Below are positions 29,908 to 39,141 of a stretch of 64,000 nt of DNA, piece after piece (position 1 is the stretch's first letter; each line of letters begins with the position of its first letter). The stretch lies in IMG/VR virus record IMGVR_UViG_3300013127_000001; one strand, written 5' to 3'. The notes beneath the pieces were generated by a model that made no database searches, had not been told where the DNA came from, and saw nothing but the letters and a program-made list of their open reading frames with translations. This DNA comes from an uncultured virus (IMG/VR IMGVR_UViG_3300013127_000001). Its lineage: Duplodnaviria; Heunggongvirae; Uroviricota; Caudoviricetes. The position numbers were made by a program, and so were the translations under genes.

Positions 29908-31002
29908 TTAGTTAAAAAGTTTTGGAACTAATGTATTCAACACGCCAGCTATTGCTCCAGTGCGGCCTAACAATTGTTGTGTTCCTTCAGGCATTCCTGT
30001 CAGCAGGCCTAGACCGTAACCAACTGCCCTACCAGCAACATAACCTTGTAAACCACCACCAGCCGCACCCATTGCCGTACCAAACAGTCCCATTTGATGT
30101 GGAGTAACAACTCCAGGTTGAGACCGAGGGTCTGGCATTTGGTTAGCACCATACACCGCACCCATCGTCATTGCCGTAGTCTGTGGATTAGCCCGAGTTC
30201 CCCAAAGTACACGGCCAAGTTCGTCCGTACGAATCAAGGGCATTTCCTCAAACGATGGTCCACCTATTGTACCTAACTCTGCGTGTTTTGAAACAAAGTG
30301 ATCTACGGCATCTTTGTATCTTTGTCCAATAATGCTGTGTTCAAAGCCGTCTTCTGGAAAACCCTGCCATAAGGTTGGATCATTAAAGTTGCGGCCTTCG
30401 TGCCAATTAACTAACCCCGGAGTTGCACCAAGCGCTGCACCCCCTAATCCGCCCATTAACGCTAGTCTTTTGCGAAGCGTACCGCGGTCATCCCTTGCCC
30501 ACTGAGGTAACAGCTTTTCACCTAAGTATCCTGCCCCATAACCTAAGCCAGCGCCCAGCAACCCACTAGCAATCGTAGAAGCAATCGGCCGACCACCAAA
30601 ACCAGGAATATCTTTAGAGGGAAAAAACTGCAAAGCTTCACCTAACCTACGAATAGTAGGTGAATACGCTACCTTAACCCACCAGTCTTGAAGGTCGTAA
30701 CCTGTCAAAGGTTCTGCTCGAACATTTTCCGCACCTACTTTTTCAGCGAGTGCTGTTAAACCCCAAGCGTATTCTTCAAGATCAATTCTAGGTCGAACGT
30801 ATAAAGCCGCCTTTTCTTGCGTTGGGCTCCAATATACACTCAGATCAGTTTTGGTGTAGACGTCAGAAATTGCGGCACAAAGATCTAGCGCCGGAGCTGC
30901 ACACTTTTCTGTCAGGATGTCAATAGTTCCTGGAAAGTCGTAATGCAAACTGACGTCAAGCAATTGTTCTAAGTTCAAATCAGCTATGTCGGAATTAGAC
31001 AT
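29908..31002 (-). CDS. Glycine-zipper K-x-A protein
   Basis: QEKAA, WVKVA, VSKHA; GLLGAGLGYGAGYLG, GGLGGAALG, GAAGGGLQG segments. Confidence 0.7.
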   Translation of the reverse strand: MSNSDIADLNLEQLLDVSLHYDFPGTIDILTEKCAAPALDLCAAISDVYTKTDLSVYWSPTQEKAALYVRPRIDLEEYAWGLTALAEKVGAENVRAEPLTGYDLQDWWVKVAYSPTIRRLGEALQFFPSKDIPGFGGRPIASTIASGLLGAGLGYGAGYLGEKLLPQWARDDRGTLRKRLALMGGLGGAALGATPGLVNWHEGRNFNDPTLWQGFPEDGFEHSIIGQRYKDAVDHFVSKHAELGTIGGPSFEEMPLIRTDELGRVLWGTRANPQTTAMTMGAVYGANQMPDPRSQPGVVTPHQMGLFGTAMGAAGGGLQGYVAGRAVGYGLGLLTGMPEGTQQLLGRTGAIAGVLNTLVPKLFN

Positions 31003-31052
31003 CCTAGCTCTCCTGCGCTTCTTGTAGTTTAACGCAAACCAGCCTTTTAGAG

Positions 31053-31742
31053 CTAGTCAAAGCTTACCGGTGCTCTTTTTCTGATCCGACAAGTAATTGA
31101 ATCATAGGTTACAGGTACGATTTCTACTGCCTGAATTTCCTGGTGAAGCCAATGCCATTCTACGCGACTAATGAAGTAGTCACTATTATCGTTGAATTTA
31201 CTCTGCTGTAAATCCAGCAATAATTGTAAAGTGTTATTATCGGCAGTACATCCGTGAGTTTCTGCATAGTCAACATGGCTAGTATGCAAATCCTCGATAA
31301 TGTACGTACCGCCAGGTTTCAAATGAAAGAACAGCTCGGCAAAAGATACTTGTTGTTGTCGCATCGTATGCCCGCCGTCATCAATAATCAGATCCAGATC
31401 TTTAGGCATTGAACGCAACTGCTTGCGGTTAGTTTGATCCAACCGTAACAGCTCTACATTAGGACCCAATACTATCGGAGGAACTTCTCGTTCCTCCGGC
31501 ATTACCAGGTCAGCCGCGTAAATTTTTTCTGCTTGTTGGAAGTACTCGTGCCACATTCGCAGTGACCCGCCAAGCAAAATACCTATCTCTAGCATTCTAA
31601 TCGGCTTATCTCGCATTGAAGACAGCCAATAGTCATACAGCACTGTAAAGTGATGATGTACAGCTTTGTCCGTATGATGCTTAATTCCAAGTTCCTGTAA
31701 AGTAAGGCCGTTAAATAGCACACTTATCTCCCACACAAGCAA
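31053..31742 (-). CDS. Class I SAM-dependent methyltransferase, sugar O-methyltransferase-like (start uncertain)
   Basis: HTDK, MLEIGI..GGSLRMW, LIIDDGGH, LKPGGTYIIEDL (MycE/TylE-like pattern). Confidence 0.8.
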   Translation of the reverse strand: MLVWEISVLFNGLTLQELGIKHHTDKAVHHHFTVLYDYWLSSMRDKPIRMLEIGILLGGSLRMWHEYFQQAEKIYAADLVMPEEREVPPIVLGPNVELLRLDQTNRKQLRSMPKDLDLIIDDGGHTMRQQQVSFAELFFHLKPGGTYIIEDLHTSHVDYAETHGCTADNNTLQLLLDLQQSKFNDNSDYFISRVEWHWLHQEIQAVEIVPVTYDSITCRIRKRAPVSFD

Positions 31743-33948
31743 ACTGTTGATGCAAATCAGTGGTGTCCGTTTTCTCGTAACGAATAAGCTTCGCCCAATT
31801 AATCTTCGGAAAACTACTCAGCCTTGCTTCATAATCTTTTTGCGAAATAGCCTCATACGGAGCCAGCGAATACAACCCGCCGTCGTAAGGCAAGAAACTT
31901 AAACCGCCAACGATGTCCCAGTTGTCGTATACCCATTTACCGACATCCAACCATTCGTCTGGGCGTACATAAATCGTGACGCTAGGATTGTGTTCAGTCC
32001 AATGCACTTTGAAAGTCTTCCACTGCTCTAACTGGCTGATTGCAGTTTGCGACTCAAGCAACACCCCGCCGTCTGGTGCCTTCATTGGAAACTCAAGAAC
32101 AAGTCCACTTCCGTCATAGTCGGTAAAGCAAGGAACGCCCTCGTCTCGCAACATCTGAGCTACGGGATTAGTAGCATTGGCTCGCACGCGACGAACATAG
32201 TAAACGCCGTGATGCCCTTTGAATCCAGCTGCGGTATGGAAAAAAACACTGGAATCGCCAGAAGGTTTGATACAAGTTGTAGCGGTTGATGGGTTAATAC
32301 CAAACCGCGCAGACCACTCTGCATTGACCTCAATTACCTTGTTGCGCAGTTGCGTTAACGCCGATGCCGCGATCGTGTTGTCTTGAAATAGTGCGTGATC
32401 TAAAAAGCCTAGCAAATCAACGCCAAGCAAACGCTCTTCTTCGCTGTTCTTGACCCACTCTTCGCCGATGTAATTAAAGTCGGTCATTGTGGATTGCAAC
32501 GTTCCCCAGATCGTAGCCAAAACAACTTTACGTTCAATTTCTTCGTACGTGTCTTCCGGTCGAATCACTGCGATTGAAAGATTGCAAAATTGCTTGTGTC
32601 GCAAAACAATTTCGCCGCAAGGGTTAATTCCAAAAAGATGTCCCGCGTACTTGCGTCGCTTAGGAAACTGCTTTTTAAGTCCACCGCGATTAAAAATACC
32701 GCGTTCGCCTGAACCACTCTTAGCCAAGCTCAACCACTCTTCCATCCACGTAATCGGGTCAGGCTTTTCGTTGTACACCGCAGAGTTGTTTGCCTGATTT
32801 CTTTGGTCGTTCGTGTTCCAGAACTCACCTTGTTTACAATCTCGCATTTCGCGATCGTTCAAGTCAGACAGACTAATACCACTGGCTCGACGAACGCCGC
32901 CCATACGAACAATGCGGTGCGCAAAGCAGTTGATGTCGTGCAAGTCGAGACTAGAAAGATACTTTCCTTGTCGAGACAAAATCTTCGCTTTTGCAAATTC
33001 AAAAAGATCTTTTAACGGCCCCGGCCCTGACGATTTACCGCCTTTGGTTTTAAGCGGCGTTCCTGCGGGTCGAATCTTGCTGTAATCAAACTGAACGTCT
33101 TCGCCGTTCCACCAGGTGTTCAAACCATGCTTGTAAGCATCGCACCAACCTTCTGTTGTGTCTTCCACAACATACGTTGGTATTTCCGCCATTTGTTTCT
33201 GTCGCTTGACTCGAGGAAATTTTTCAACTGCAAACTCCGCTTCAACTGAAAAACCAACACCCGTGCCCTGCATCAGAATGTAAAGCTCTTCTGCCATATC
33301 CGTCGTGTTTTGCAAGAACTGAAACGAGCAGTTGTACACACCAACATGGCAACGTTCGAGTGCTGGTCCGGCCATTTGAACACAGCGCATTGAAGGACTT
33401 GCTTCAAGCTGCAATAAACTAGTCCGTAAATTACCCCACTCCTTTTCAGTAAGCGCATACTGTCGAAAATTGCAGTGGTTAATAAAAAAGCCCAAGACTC
33501 TATCAACAGTCTCAGGCCATGTTTCACGTCTTCCTTTTTTATCATCGAAGCGAGCAAACTTGTCCAGTGCTTGAAACTTCTGAATTTCATGACTGAAGTA
33601 TTTGTCGTTCTCAGCAAACGCCGCAAGCACTTCATCTGAAACAGGAGCTTCTTCTCGCTTCAGTCGTTTTGTCTCGCGAAAAATAATGTACGCTTTGGCG
33701 GCTAAAAACAAACCGCTAGCCATCAGTTGCGTCTCGACCATGTTCTGCAAAACTTCAACGTCAATTACATCAGACTGTAGCACTATCAAGTTTTCCACTT
33801 GAAGGCTGATTAGCTCGCAGATGTCTTTTGCTTCTCGTGAGTCGTACTCCAGTTCGGCAAGACATCGCTGCACTGCCGCGTAGATTCGGTTCCTGTCAAA
33901 ATCAACAATGCTGCCATTCCGTTTCTTGACTTGCTTCGTCATTACCAT
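31711..33948 (-). CDS. nrdJ: Class II (B12-dependent) ribonucleotide reductase, RTPR type, with N-terminal ATP cone
   Basis: VKKRNGSIVDFDRNRI ATP cone; PSMR, YNC, GTGVGF, GGVRR, NPCGE, KPSG, C-terminal CVGDKC; no small-subunit gene nearby. Confidence 0.9.
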   Translation of the reverse strand: MVMTKQVKKRNGSIVDFDRNRIYAAVQRCLAELEYDSREAKDICELISLQVENLIVLQSDVIDVEVLQNMVETQLMASGLFLAAKAYIIFRETKRLKREEAPVSDEVLAAFAENDKYFSHEIQKFQALDKFARFDDKKGRRETWPETVDRVLGFFINHCNFRQYALTEKEWGNLRTSLLQLEASPSMRCVQMAGPALERCHVGVYNCSFQFLQNTTDMAEELYILMQGTGVGFSVEAEFAVEKFPRVKRQKQMAEIPTYVVEDTTEGWCDAYKHGLNTWWNGEDVQFDYSKIRPAGTPLKTKGGKSSGPGPLKDLFEFAKAKILSRQGKYLSSLDLHDINCFAHRIVRMGGVRRASGISLSDLNDREMRDCKQGEFWNTNDQRNQANNSAVYNEKPDPITWMEEWLSLAKSGSGERGIFNRGGLKKQFPKRRKYAGHLFGINPCGEIVLRHKQFCNLSIAVIRPEDTYEEIERKVVLATIWGTLQSTMTDFNYIGEEWVKNSEEERLLGVDLLGFLDHALFQDNTIAASALTQLRNKVIEVNAEWSARFGINPSTATTCIKPSGDSSVFFHTAAGFKGHHGVYYVRRVRANATNPVAQMLRDEGVPCFTDYDGSGLVLEFPMKAPDGGVLLESQTAISQLEQWKTFKVHWTEHNPSVTIYVRPDEWLDVGKWVYDNWDIVGGLSFLPYDGGLYSLAPYEAISQKDYEARLSSFPKINWAKLIRYEKTDTTDLHQQFACVGDKCAI

Positions 33949-34192
33949 CTCCTGCGGATTACTCTAAGACACATTTCACTCTACTTAGACCAAAGCACGT
34001 TTGGGGTGACATCCAGTACAAGGGCAGAAATTTTGTCTGGCAAGCAATTGACACAAAGATGCAATTGCATTGACTCCATTCCACGGTAAATCCCTTCCAA
34101 CCAAACCTTCGGACCAAAGAGGTTATCAGTATAGCCGCGAGGCACTTTCCACTCCAGAGTCATGTCCTGAAAGAATACGTGCCTTAGCTATT

Positions 34193-34732
34193 TTAGGTCG
34201 TATGATCGCGGGTTACCCAAATAGATGAATTGAGAAAATACTCACCTTCTGGTCTCGTTTGAAGTTGACGCATAGGGTCATAGGCCAGTATCAAATTATG
34301 CCCCAGCACAGAATGCTCCCTGCACCATTCGTACCATTCAATTAATTTGTCAGGTACGGTAAGAACCGAGCAAGTCACGTTACAGCAAACGTGCAGCGAA
34401 GGTTTTGCATCTGTCACAACTGCTGTAACTGTCGCAGGTAGTTGCTTCAGCAACTTTGCAGTCTGCTCATTTTGCTGTTGTGGTTCAATGTGCAAATGCG
34501 AAGGTACTGGTAATACATGCTTAGCTAGCCAGTAAGCGGTACCGCCCATTGCTTGAATAAAAATCTTCGCACGCAATGCAGATGCCACATGTCCATTCAG
34601 TTGGTCGAGCAATTGAGTAAAAGCAAATCCAGGTAATTGCGGTTTGACGTACAGCTCAGCTGGTTCGTAATTTTGCACATGAATTAATGGCGTTAAACGA
34701 AAATCTTCTTCGATGTAATCTTCTATACGCAT
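34193..34732 (-). CDS. Hypothetical protein
   Basis: 179-aa ORF in operon. Confidence 0.55.
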   Translation of the reverse strand: MRIEDYIEEDFRLTPLIHVQNYEPAELYVKPQLPGFAFTQLLDQLNGHVASALRAKIFIQAMGGTAYWLAKHVLPVPSHLHIEPQQQNEQTAKLLKQLPATVTAVVTDAKPSLHVCCNVTCSVLTVPDKLIEWYEWCREHSVLGHNLILAYDPMRQLQTRPEGEYFLNSSIWVTRDHTT

Positions 34733-34744
34733 GCAGTACTTTCA

Positions 34745-35599
34745 TCACTTGAACATAGTCATCGTGTCAGTACACAGCACTGGTTTGTTAGCTAAGCGAA
34801 AGATTACAGCAGCTTGATTGCGATCGCTTTCAACAAACAATTTTGCATTATTGTCCTGATAATAAGCTTTTGCTTTCCTTACTGCATGGTCATTTGCTTT
34901 TCTTCGCTCTTCAGCTGTAGGTGCAGGGTGCATGATCAACTTTTTGTACTGCACCCCGTGCTTGCGTAACCACAACTCTGTTTCTTTTCGATACTTTTCA
35001 ATTCGACTGGTTACTACTGCAATAATCGGTACGTGTGGTGGAAACAACGGTTTTGCGTCGGTAACGTGATGCTCAAATTCAGGATCTACATTGTTTTCAT
35101 GTCTGTGCGTCCAATCTGCACAGATAACGCCGTCCATATCGCACATTGCGTACTGCAACCACCAGTTTCGATGCCAGTTCCACCCAAAAATTCGCGGCAT
35201 TGGTACTTCGCGAAAAAAGCAATCTACAAGGCTGTGCTCTGAAGCTCGGTACACTGCGCCGTAAGTTATTTTTAATGTAGACTGATCTGCTAGCTTTGAT
35301 CGAAGTTCACGAAACGTAACGCTTTGATTACTTGATGAATCATCTACAAGTAACAATCTGTTACCTACTGCTTTTTTAGCGGCAGGATTATTGTCTCTCA
35401 AAGTTGCTCGTTCAATTGCACCTTCCGGTTGTCGAAGCAAATCAGATAACTCTACTAACCTGATGTTGCGTCGTAACGCAATGTAAGTAGCCGGAATTAA
35501 ACCACTACGTGGTACTCCACAGACAGCATCAAAATAAGGTAGCTGTCTTTCCCACAAAGCAATGTCTCGATAAAGATCGTCCAAGCTTACAAAGTTCAT
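34745..35599 (-). CDS. Phosphoribosyltransferase-like domain fused to a HAD-family phosphatase
   Basis: GVPRSG, LLLVDDS (PRT loop); CDMDGVI, VTSR, FVESD (HAD motifs). Confidence 0.75.
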   Translation of the reverse strand: MNFVSLDDLYRDIALWERQLPYFDAVCGVPRSGLIPATYIALRRNIRLVELSDLLRQPEGAIERATLRDNNPAAKKAVGNRLLLVDDSSSNQSVTFRELRSKLADQSTLKITYGAVYRASEHSLVDCFFREVPMPRIFGWNWHRNWWLQYAMCDMDGVICADWTHRHENNVDPEFEHHVTDAKPLFPPHVPIIAVVTSRIEKYRKETELWLRKHGVQYKKLIMHPAPTAEERRKANDHAVRKAKAYYQDNNAKLFVESDRNQAAVIFRLANKPVLCTDTMTMFK

Positions 35600-36183
35600 G
35601 ACTTTACAGCTATTGCCCCTACTTCAGGAATACTGTGCTTTTGCCCATGCCTGCGAGTACCGGATTCTACTGGAATTACGCGGTTAAACCCAGCGGTGAT
35701 CAAACAAGCAACCAAATGATGTTGATCAAAAACTGCTTTATGGTGCGTCTGCGGAATAGGTCTTTCTGGTGATAGCAACTCTACCGCATCTTCACCGTAA
35801 GTAAAAATTCTACCATTAACCCATGTCATCCAGTCACTGTTTGGGTTAAACACTCTCCAATTATCGCCGCAGCGTTGTTTGAGATAGCACTGCACAATGT
35901 ATGCAAAATCAGGAACATACACTTCAAATTCTCCACCCACTTTAAGCACACGAAAAACTTCTTGAAGCGCTGTCACTGTACGGTACCAAGGAACATGTTC
36001 CAGAACATGCGAAGCAAATATTAAGTCATAAGTATTGTCTTCAAAAGGAAAGCGGTCTTTACCCCACAACGCCGTGCTTGTCGGATTACCGACTTTGCCG
36101 TCAACAGTGTCTGCTTCTGGAAACACTACAGAACGACCACTAACTGTACCAGGACCAATTTCCAGTATGCGCTTAGTTTCCAT
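35596..36183 (-). CDS. Class I SAM-dependent methyltransferase (Methyltransf_11-like)
   Basis: ILEIGPG, FPFEDNTYDLIFASHVLEH, RVLKVGG. Confidence 0.85.
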   Translation of the reverse strand: METKRILEIGPGTVSGRSVVFPEADTVDGKVGNPTSTALWGKDRFPFEDNTYDLIFASHVLEHVPWYRTVTALQEVFRVLKVGGEFEVYVPDFAYIVQCYLKQRCGDNWRVFNPNSDWMTWVNGRIFTYGEDAVELLSPERPIPQTHHKAVFDQHHLVACLITAGFNRVIPVESGTRRHGQKHSIPEVGAIAVKS

Positions 36184-36634
36184 CTCGTTCCTTGTAGTCT
36201 GATAAATCGGTTGTTGGAATAGGCTTGCCGTCCCATAACATTCTTGAGTGTGGTCCAGCTGCTCGCGTTACTTGTGCGTAGTCTGTAACAATCTCATCAT
36301 CAGCAGCTATCGGTTTGCTGGCAATCAATCTGTAATTGTCGCCTTCACGCACTAACTTGGAATTGGCGTTTTGTTGATGATTGCAATAACGAGCCATCTC
36401 TGTCAAATTCCAGATTTTAGCACCAAATTCATCCTCGCCTCCGCTAGTCAGCGCAACGCCAAGCACGTCTCCAGGCTTGTAATCTTGTGCAGCAAAAATT
36501 CCTTGTCCGGCAATTTCTGAGTCACCAATATACCAGCCAGCACGGCTGCTTGCGGCCTTAATGTACAAATTATGCACAGCAGAAAAACCATCAACAGCGA
36601 CGCCTGTCCGTAATCGTTGTGCCAATGCGCTCAT
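36173..36634 (-). CDS. SET-domain protein (putative lysine methyltransferase)
   Basis: SEIAGQGIFA, ARYCNH...N, IASKPIAADDEIVTDY. Confidence 0.85.
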   Translation of the reverse strand: MSALAQRLRTGVAVDGFSAVHNLYIKAASSRAGWYIGDSEIAGQGIFAAQDYKPGDVLGVALTSGGEDEFGAKIWNLTEMARYCNHQQNANSKLVREGDNYRLIASKPIAADDEIVTDYAQVTRAAGPHSRMLWDGKPIPTTDLSDYKERDGN

Positions 36635-36647
36635 TTTGTTTTCCTTA

Positions 36648-36676
36648 TTGACTTGTCCCCAATAAGTAGCTAGTGT
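36648..36676 (+). promoter_or_regulatory. Sigma70-like promoter for csrA
   Basis: TTGACT-17 bp-TAGTGT upstream of AAGGAG RBS. Confidence 0.55.
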
Positions 36677-36714
36677 ATCTGAGTCAGACGTTTATTTCAC
36701 GGAAGGAGAAACCA

Positions 36715-36933
36715 ATGCTCGTATTAAGTCGCAAAAAAGGCGAAAGCATCCAAATCGGAGAAGACATCACTGTCACGGTAGTGGAGATTCGCGGAGATAA
36801 GGTTCGACTGGGTGTCGAAGCAGCTCGAGATGTGCCGGTGCATCGGCAAGAAGTGATTGAAGCAATTCGTAAAGCTAGAAAACTCACGGAAGAGTCCAAT
36901 CCGGAAGTTTCAGATCCGCCGACTGACTCGTAG
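36715..36933 (+). CDS. csrA: Carbon storage regulator CsrA/RsmA RNA-binding protein
   Basis: MLVLSRKKGESIQIGEDITVTVVEIRGDKVRLGVEAARDVPVHRQEV; AAGGAG RBS. Confidence 0.95.
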   Translation: MLVLSRKKGESIQIGEDITVTVVEIRGDKVRLGVEAARDVPVHRQEVIEAIRKARKLTEESNPEVSDPPTDS

Positions 36934-37453
36934 TTTTACTGGTAGCGTTTGCAGCTAAGACACCAGTTTTACGACAAGCAATCACGATCGAAAATTCAGA
37001 GTCGCCCTCGATCTTGGTAGGTAATCCGTAACTCCTCCGGAGCTTACCAAGATCGGGGGATCGGACTCGCAAATGCCAACAAGTAGCAACACCTGGCCAA
37101 CCTTTTGCTTGCGATTCTTCTAAGTTACCTAGTGTGTAGGTATAAGGTTTTCCTCGCTCACTAATCTTGTCTGCACCGCCAGCTAATTCAAGCTCCTCTG
37201 GCGTCATAACTACGATGCCAGCCCGAACTGCACCTCCGTCAATACTCGAGGGTAAACTAATCCCAGGTTCGTGCATCGCGTCAAAAATACCGCGCACAAG
37301 AGCTGTCGGCACCGCTACGATTAAGTAGCCTGACGCTGTTGCCTGTAACAAGCCTGACATCTTTACTTCAGCCCGTTTTTCTTTGTCTTGAAGCACTTCG
37401 TAAAGCAACAAGTGACGATAGTCGGGCAAATCGGTAACAGAAATCAAACTCAT
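36884..37453 (-). CDS. Hypothetical K-x-A protein (possibly degenerate 2H-phosphoesterase fold)
   Basis: GAGG RBS before ATG 37453; KEKRA near N-terminus; overlaps csrA 3' end. Confidence 0.6.
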   Translation of the reverse strand: MSLISVTDLPDYRHLLLYEVLQDKEKRAEVKMSGLLQATASGYLIVAVPTALVRGIFDAMHEPGISLPSSIDGGAVRAGIVVMTPEELELAGGADKISERGKPYTYTLGNLEESQAKGWPGVATCWHLRVRSPDLGKLRRSYGLPTKIEGDSEFSIVIACRKTGVLAANATSKTTSQSADLKLPDWTLP

Positions 37454-37460
37454 AACGACC

Positions 37461-37949
37461 TCAAGGTTTGATAAGCGTGGCAACCAACGCTGCAAACGAA
37501 ATAAGAGCAGTAATCAACATGCCGCTAATTCCAACAACAAGTTGCGTCCTTGTCAACATTCTAGATGCGTTGATTGAGTTTGCGTGTCTGCTTACTTCGT
37601 CAATTAGTTTTGTGTGATTCTGGACTGCGTTCTCCAGAATACTCAATCGCTGTACAAGTGAAGGCTGTCCGTTGCCGTCTCGAACAACTTTACACAGGCT
37701 TGTTATGTCCTGACTCATCCTTTCCAGTTTTGCTTCCATGATTGCAATACGCTGCACTACTTCGATATGCTCATCCCGACGACTCTCGACCGCGTCTGCA
37801 AAGTTGTGTGTCACATCGGACAACAAACCAATAATTTCTTCCTGACGACCCCAACCCACTTCAGGTGGATCATCTTGTCTGATTGAAGACTTAATTACTT
37901 GCAGTCGTTCTTGTACCCGCGCTAAAGGTGGTCGTGATTCGTTTGTCAT
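37461..37949 (-). CDS. Coiled-coil protein with C-terminal transmembrane helix
   Basis: Heptad-like central region; C-terminal LVVGISGMLITALISFAALVATLI. Confidence 0.7.
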   Translation of the reverse strand: MTNESRPPLARVQERLQVIKSSIRQDDPPEVGWGRQEEIIGLLSDVTHNFADAVESRRDEHIEVVQRIAIMEAKLERMSQDITSLCKVVRDGNGQPSLVQRLSILENAVQNHTKLIDEVSRHANSINASRMLTRTQLVVGISGMLITALISFAALVATLIKP

Positions 37950-37968
37950 TTAATCATCCTTGAAAAAT

Positions 37969-38176
37969 GCAGGAAATATAGTGACCCCCTGGGATCCCCT
38001 ACCCCAGGCCCGTTGTGTTGGCTGCTACACCAACACTGACAACAGTCTTTCAGGTGCGACTGAAGTTCCACCAACCACTTGTTTTGCACTAAGGTGATTA
38101 TCCCGGTCGCTATGCTGCTGTCCTAGCTGCTGCGCACCTCCTAACCTACCGGCACCCGCGGTAAAGTCACTCCTGC
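37969..38176 (-). ncRNA. Candidate structured RNA (~210 nt), sRNA or leader
   Basis: Ends pair (GCAGGA-GTGAC...GTCAC-TCCTGC); internal stems CCGGT/ACCGG, AATCAC/GTGGTT, TTCAG/CTGAA, GTGTTGG/CCAACAC, CCTGGG/CCCAGG; TATAAT immediately upstream. Confidence 0.5.
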
Positions 38177-38178
38177 CG

Positions 38179-38208
38179 ATTATACAAGTTACCCACAAGT
38201 GTCGTCGA
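38179..38208 (-). promoter_or_regulatory. Sigma70-like promoter
   Basis: TCGACG-18 bp-TATAAT on the minus strand, just after a terminator. Confidence 0.5.
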
Positions 38209-38232
38209 GCGATGTTACCGTTAGCCCGAAAC

Positions 38233-38267
38233 AAAAAACCGGACAAGATGGAGGATCTTGTCCGGTT
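38233..38267 (-). terminator. Intrinsic terminator with CCTCC loop
   Basis: 13-bp perfect stem AACCGGACAAGAT/ATCTTGTCCGGTT followed by a T run. Confidence 0.8.
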
Positions 38268-38339
38268 CATGAAATGTGTCCCAGTTTACCGCTGGTGCGG
38301 ACAGTATATGCGGACAAAACGCTTTCGCAAAGATTTACT

Positions 38340-38915
38340 TCAATCGTACTGCCAGAATCTCCCTAAAATATCTAGCATTGAAGCTTCTGCATTGCGCTCT
38401 TGCATCATCGTCAGCCAATGATCTGCTTTCTTTACCGATTCCAACAATTTGTCTTTCTTGATCGCGCCCACTTCTTTCAGTTCATTTACCAGCGCCAACA
38501 GAAGAATTGCAATAGGGCTAGGCACATACGTGGACTCGACTGTTTCAGCTAAAGTATCAGTAGTGATGTGATTCACTTCGTCCGAAGATTCAACAGCGGT
38601 TAACAGTTGCTGAGCATCTTTAACGTAAACGTAAGTCGCGAAAACTTTAACGTTTGTTTCTTCAGGTGGATTATCTACGTCATACAGAATTTCGTTCGGC
38701 AAAATTAGCAAATCATCTGATAATGCCTTATTTTCCAGATGATTACTTGAGTATTGCACCTGCATTAAACACGGATAATCCTTTGGCATCGATGACATGT
38801 GGATAGAAATTAATTGCAAATCCAGATGTGTTGCAATGTCTCGTGCCATATTACCGCAAGCTTGCTCAAAATCCTTTCTATCTTTTAGCAATACGAAGCT
38901 GCCAATAATCGTCAT
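38340..38915 (-). CDS. Hypothetical protein
   Basis: ATGA overlap with the luxR-like gene stop. Confidence 0.65.
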   Translation of the reverse strand: MTIIGSFVLLKDRKDFEQACGNMARDIATHLDLQLISIHMSSMPKDYPCLMQVQYSSNHLENKALSDDLLILPNEILYDVDNPPEETNVKVFATYVYVKDAQQLLTAVESSDEVNHITTDTLAETVESTYVPSPIAILLLALVNELKEVGAIKKDKLLESVKKADHWLTMMQERNAEASMLDILGRFWQYD

Positions 38916-39127
38916 TCCACTAACCCTTTCTTGTGCGCCCAAAGCCCCACAGCCAACTTAGAAGACAAATTCAACTTCTTGCGAATACGTGTTACATACG
39001 TCTTTACGGTTTCATAGCCCAACCCAAGTTCTTGCGCAATTTCATAATACTTTTTGTTTTTGCCGATCAAAGCAACAACTTGTCGTTCGCGAGCAGTCAG
39101 ATGTTCGATACCTTTAGATTCTTGCAT
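38912..39127 (-). CDS. Stand-alone LuxR/GerE-type HTH regulator
   Basis: LTARERQVVALI...YEIAQELGLGYETVKTYVTRIRKKL. Confidence 0.9.
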   Translation of the reverse strand: MQESKGIEHLTARERQVVALIGKNKKYYEIAQELGLGYETVKTYVTRIRKKLNLSSKLAVGLWAHKKGLVE

Positions 39128-39141
39128 TACGCTAACCTGTG

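Noticed and set aside
33981..34163. 60-aa ORF upstream of nrdJ
   Set aside because: Could be real (AGGA precedes the ATG but very closely); no motif, so not called.
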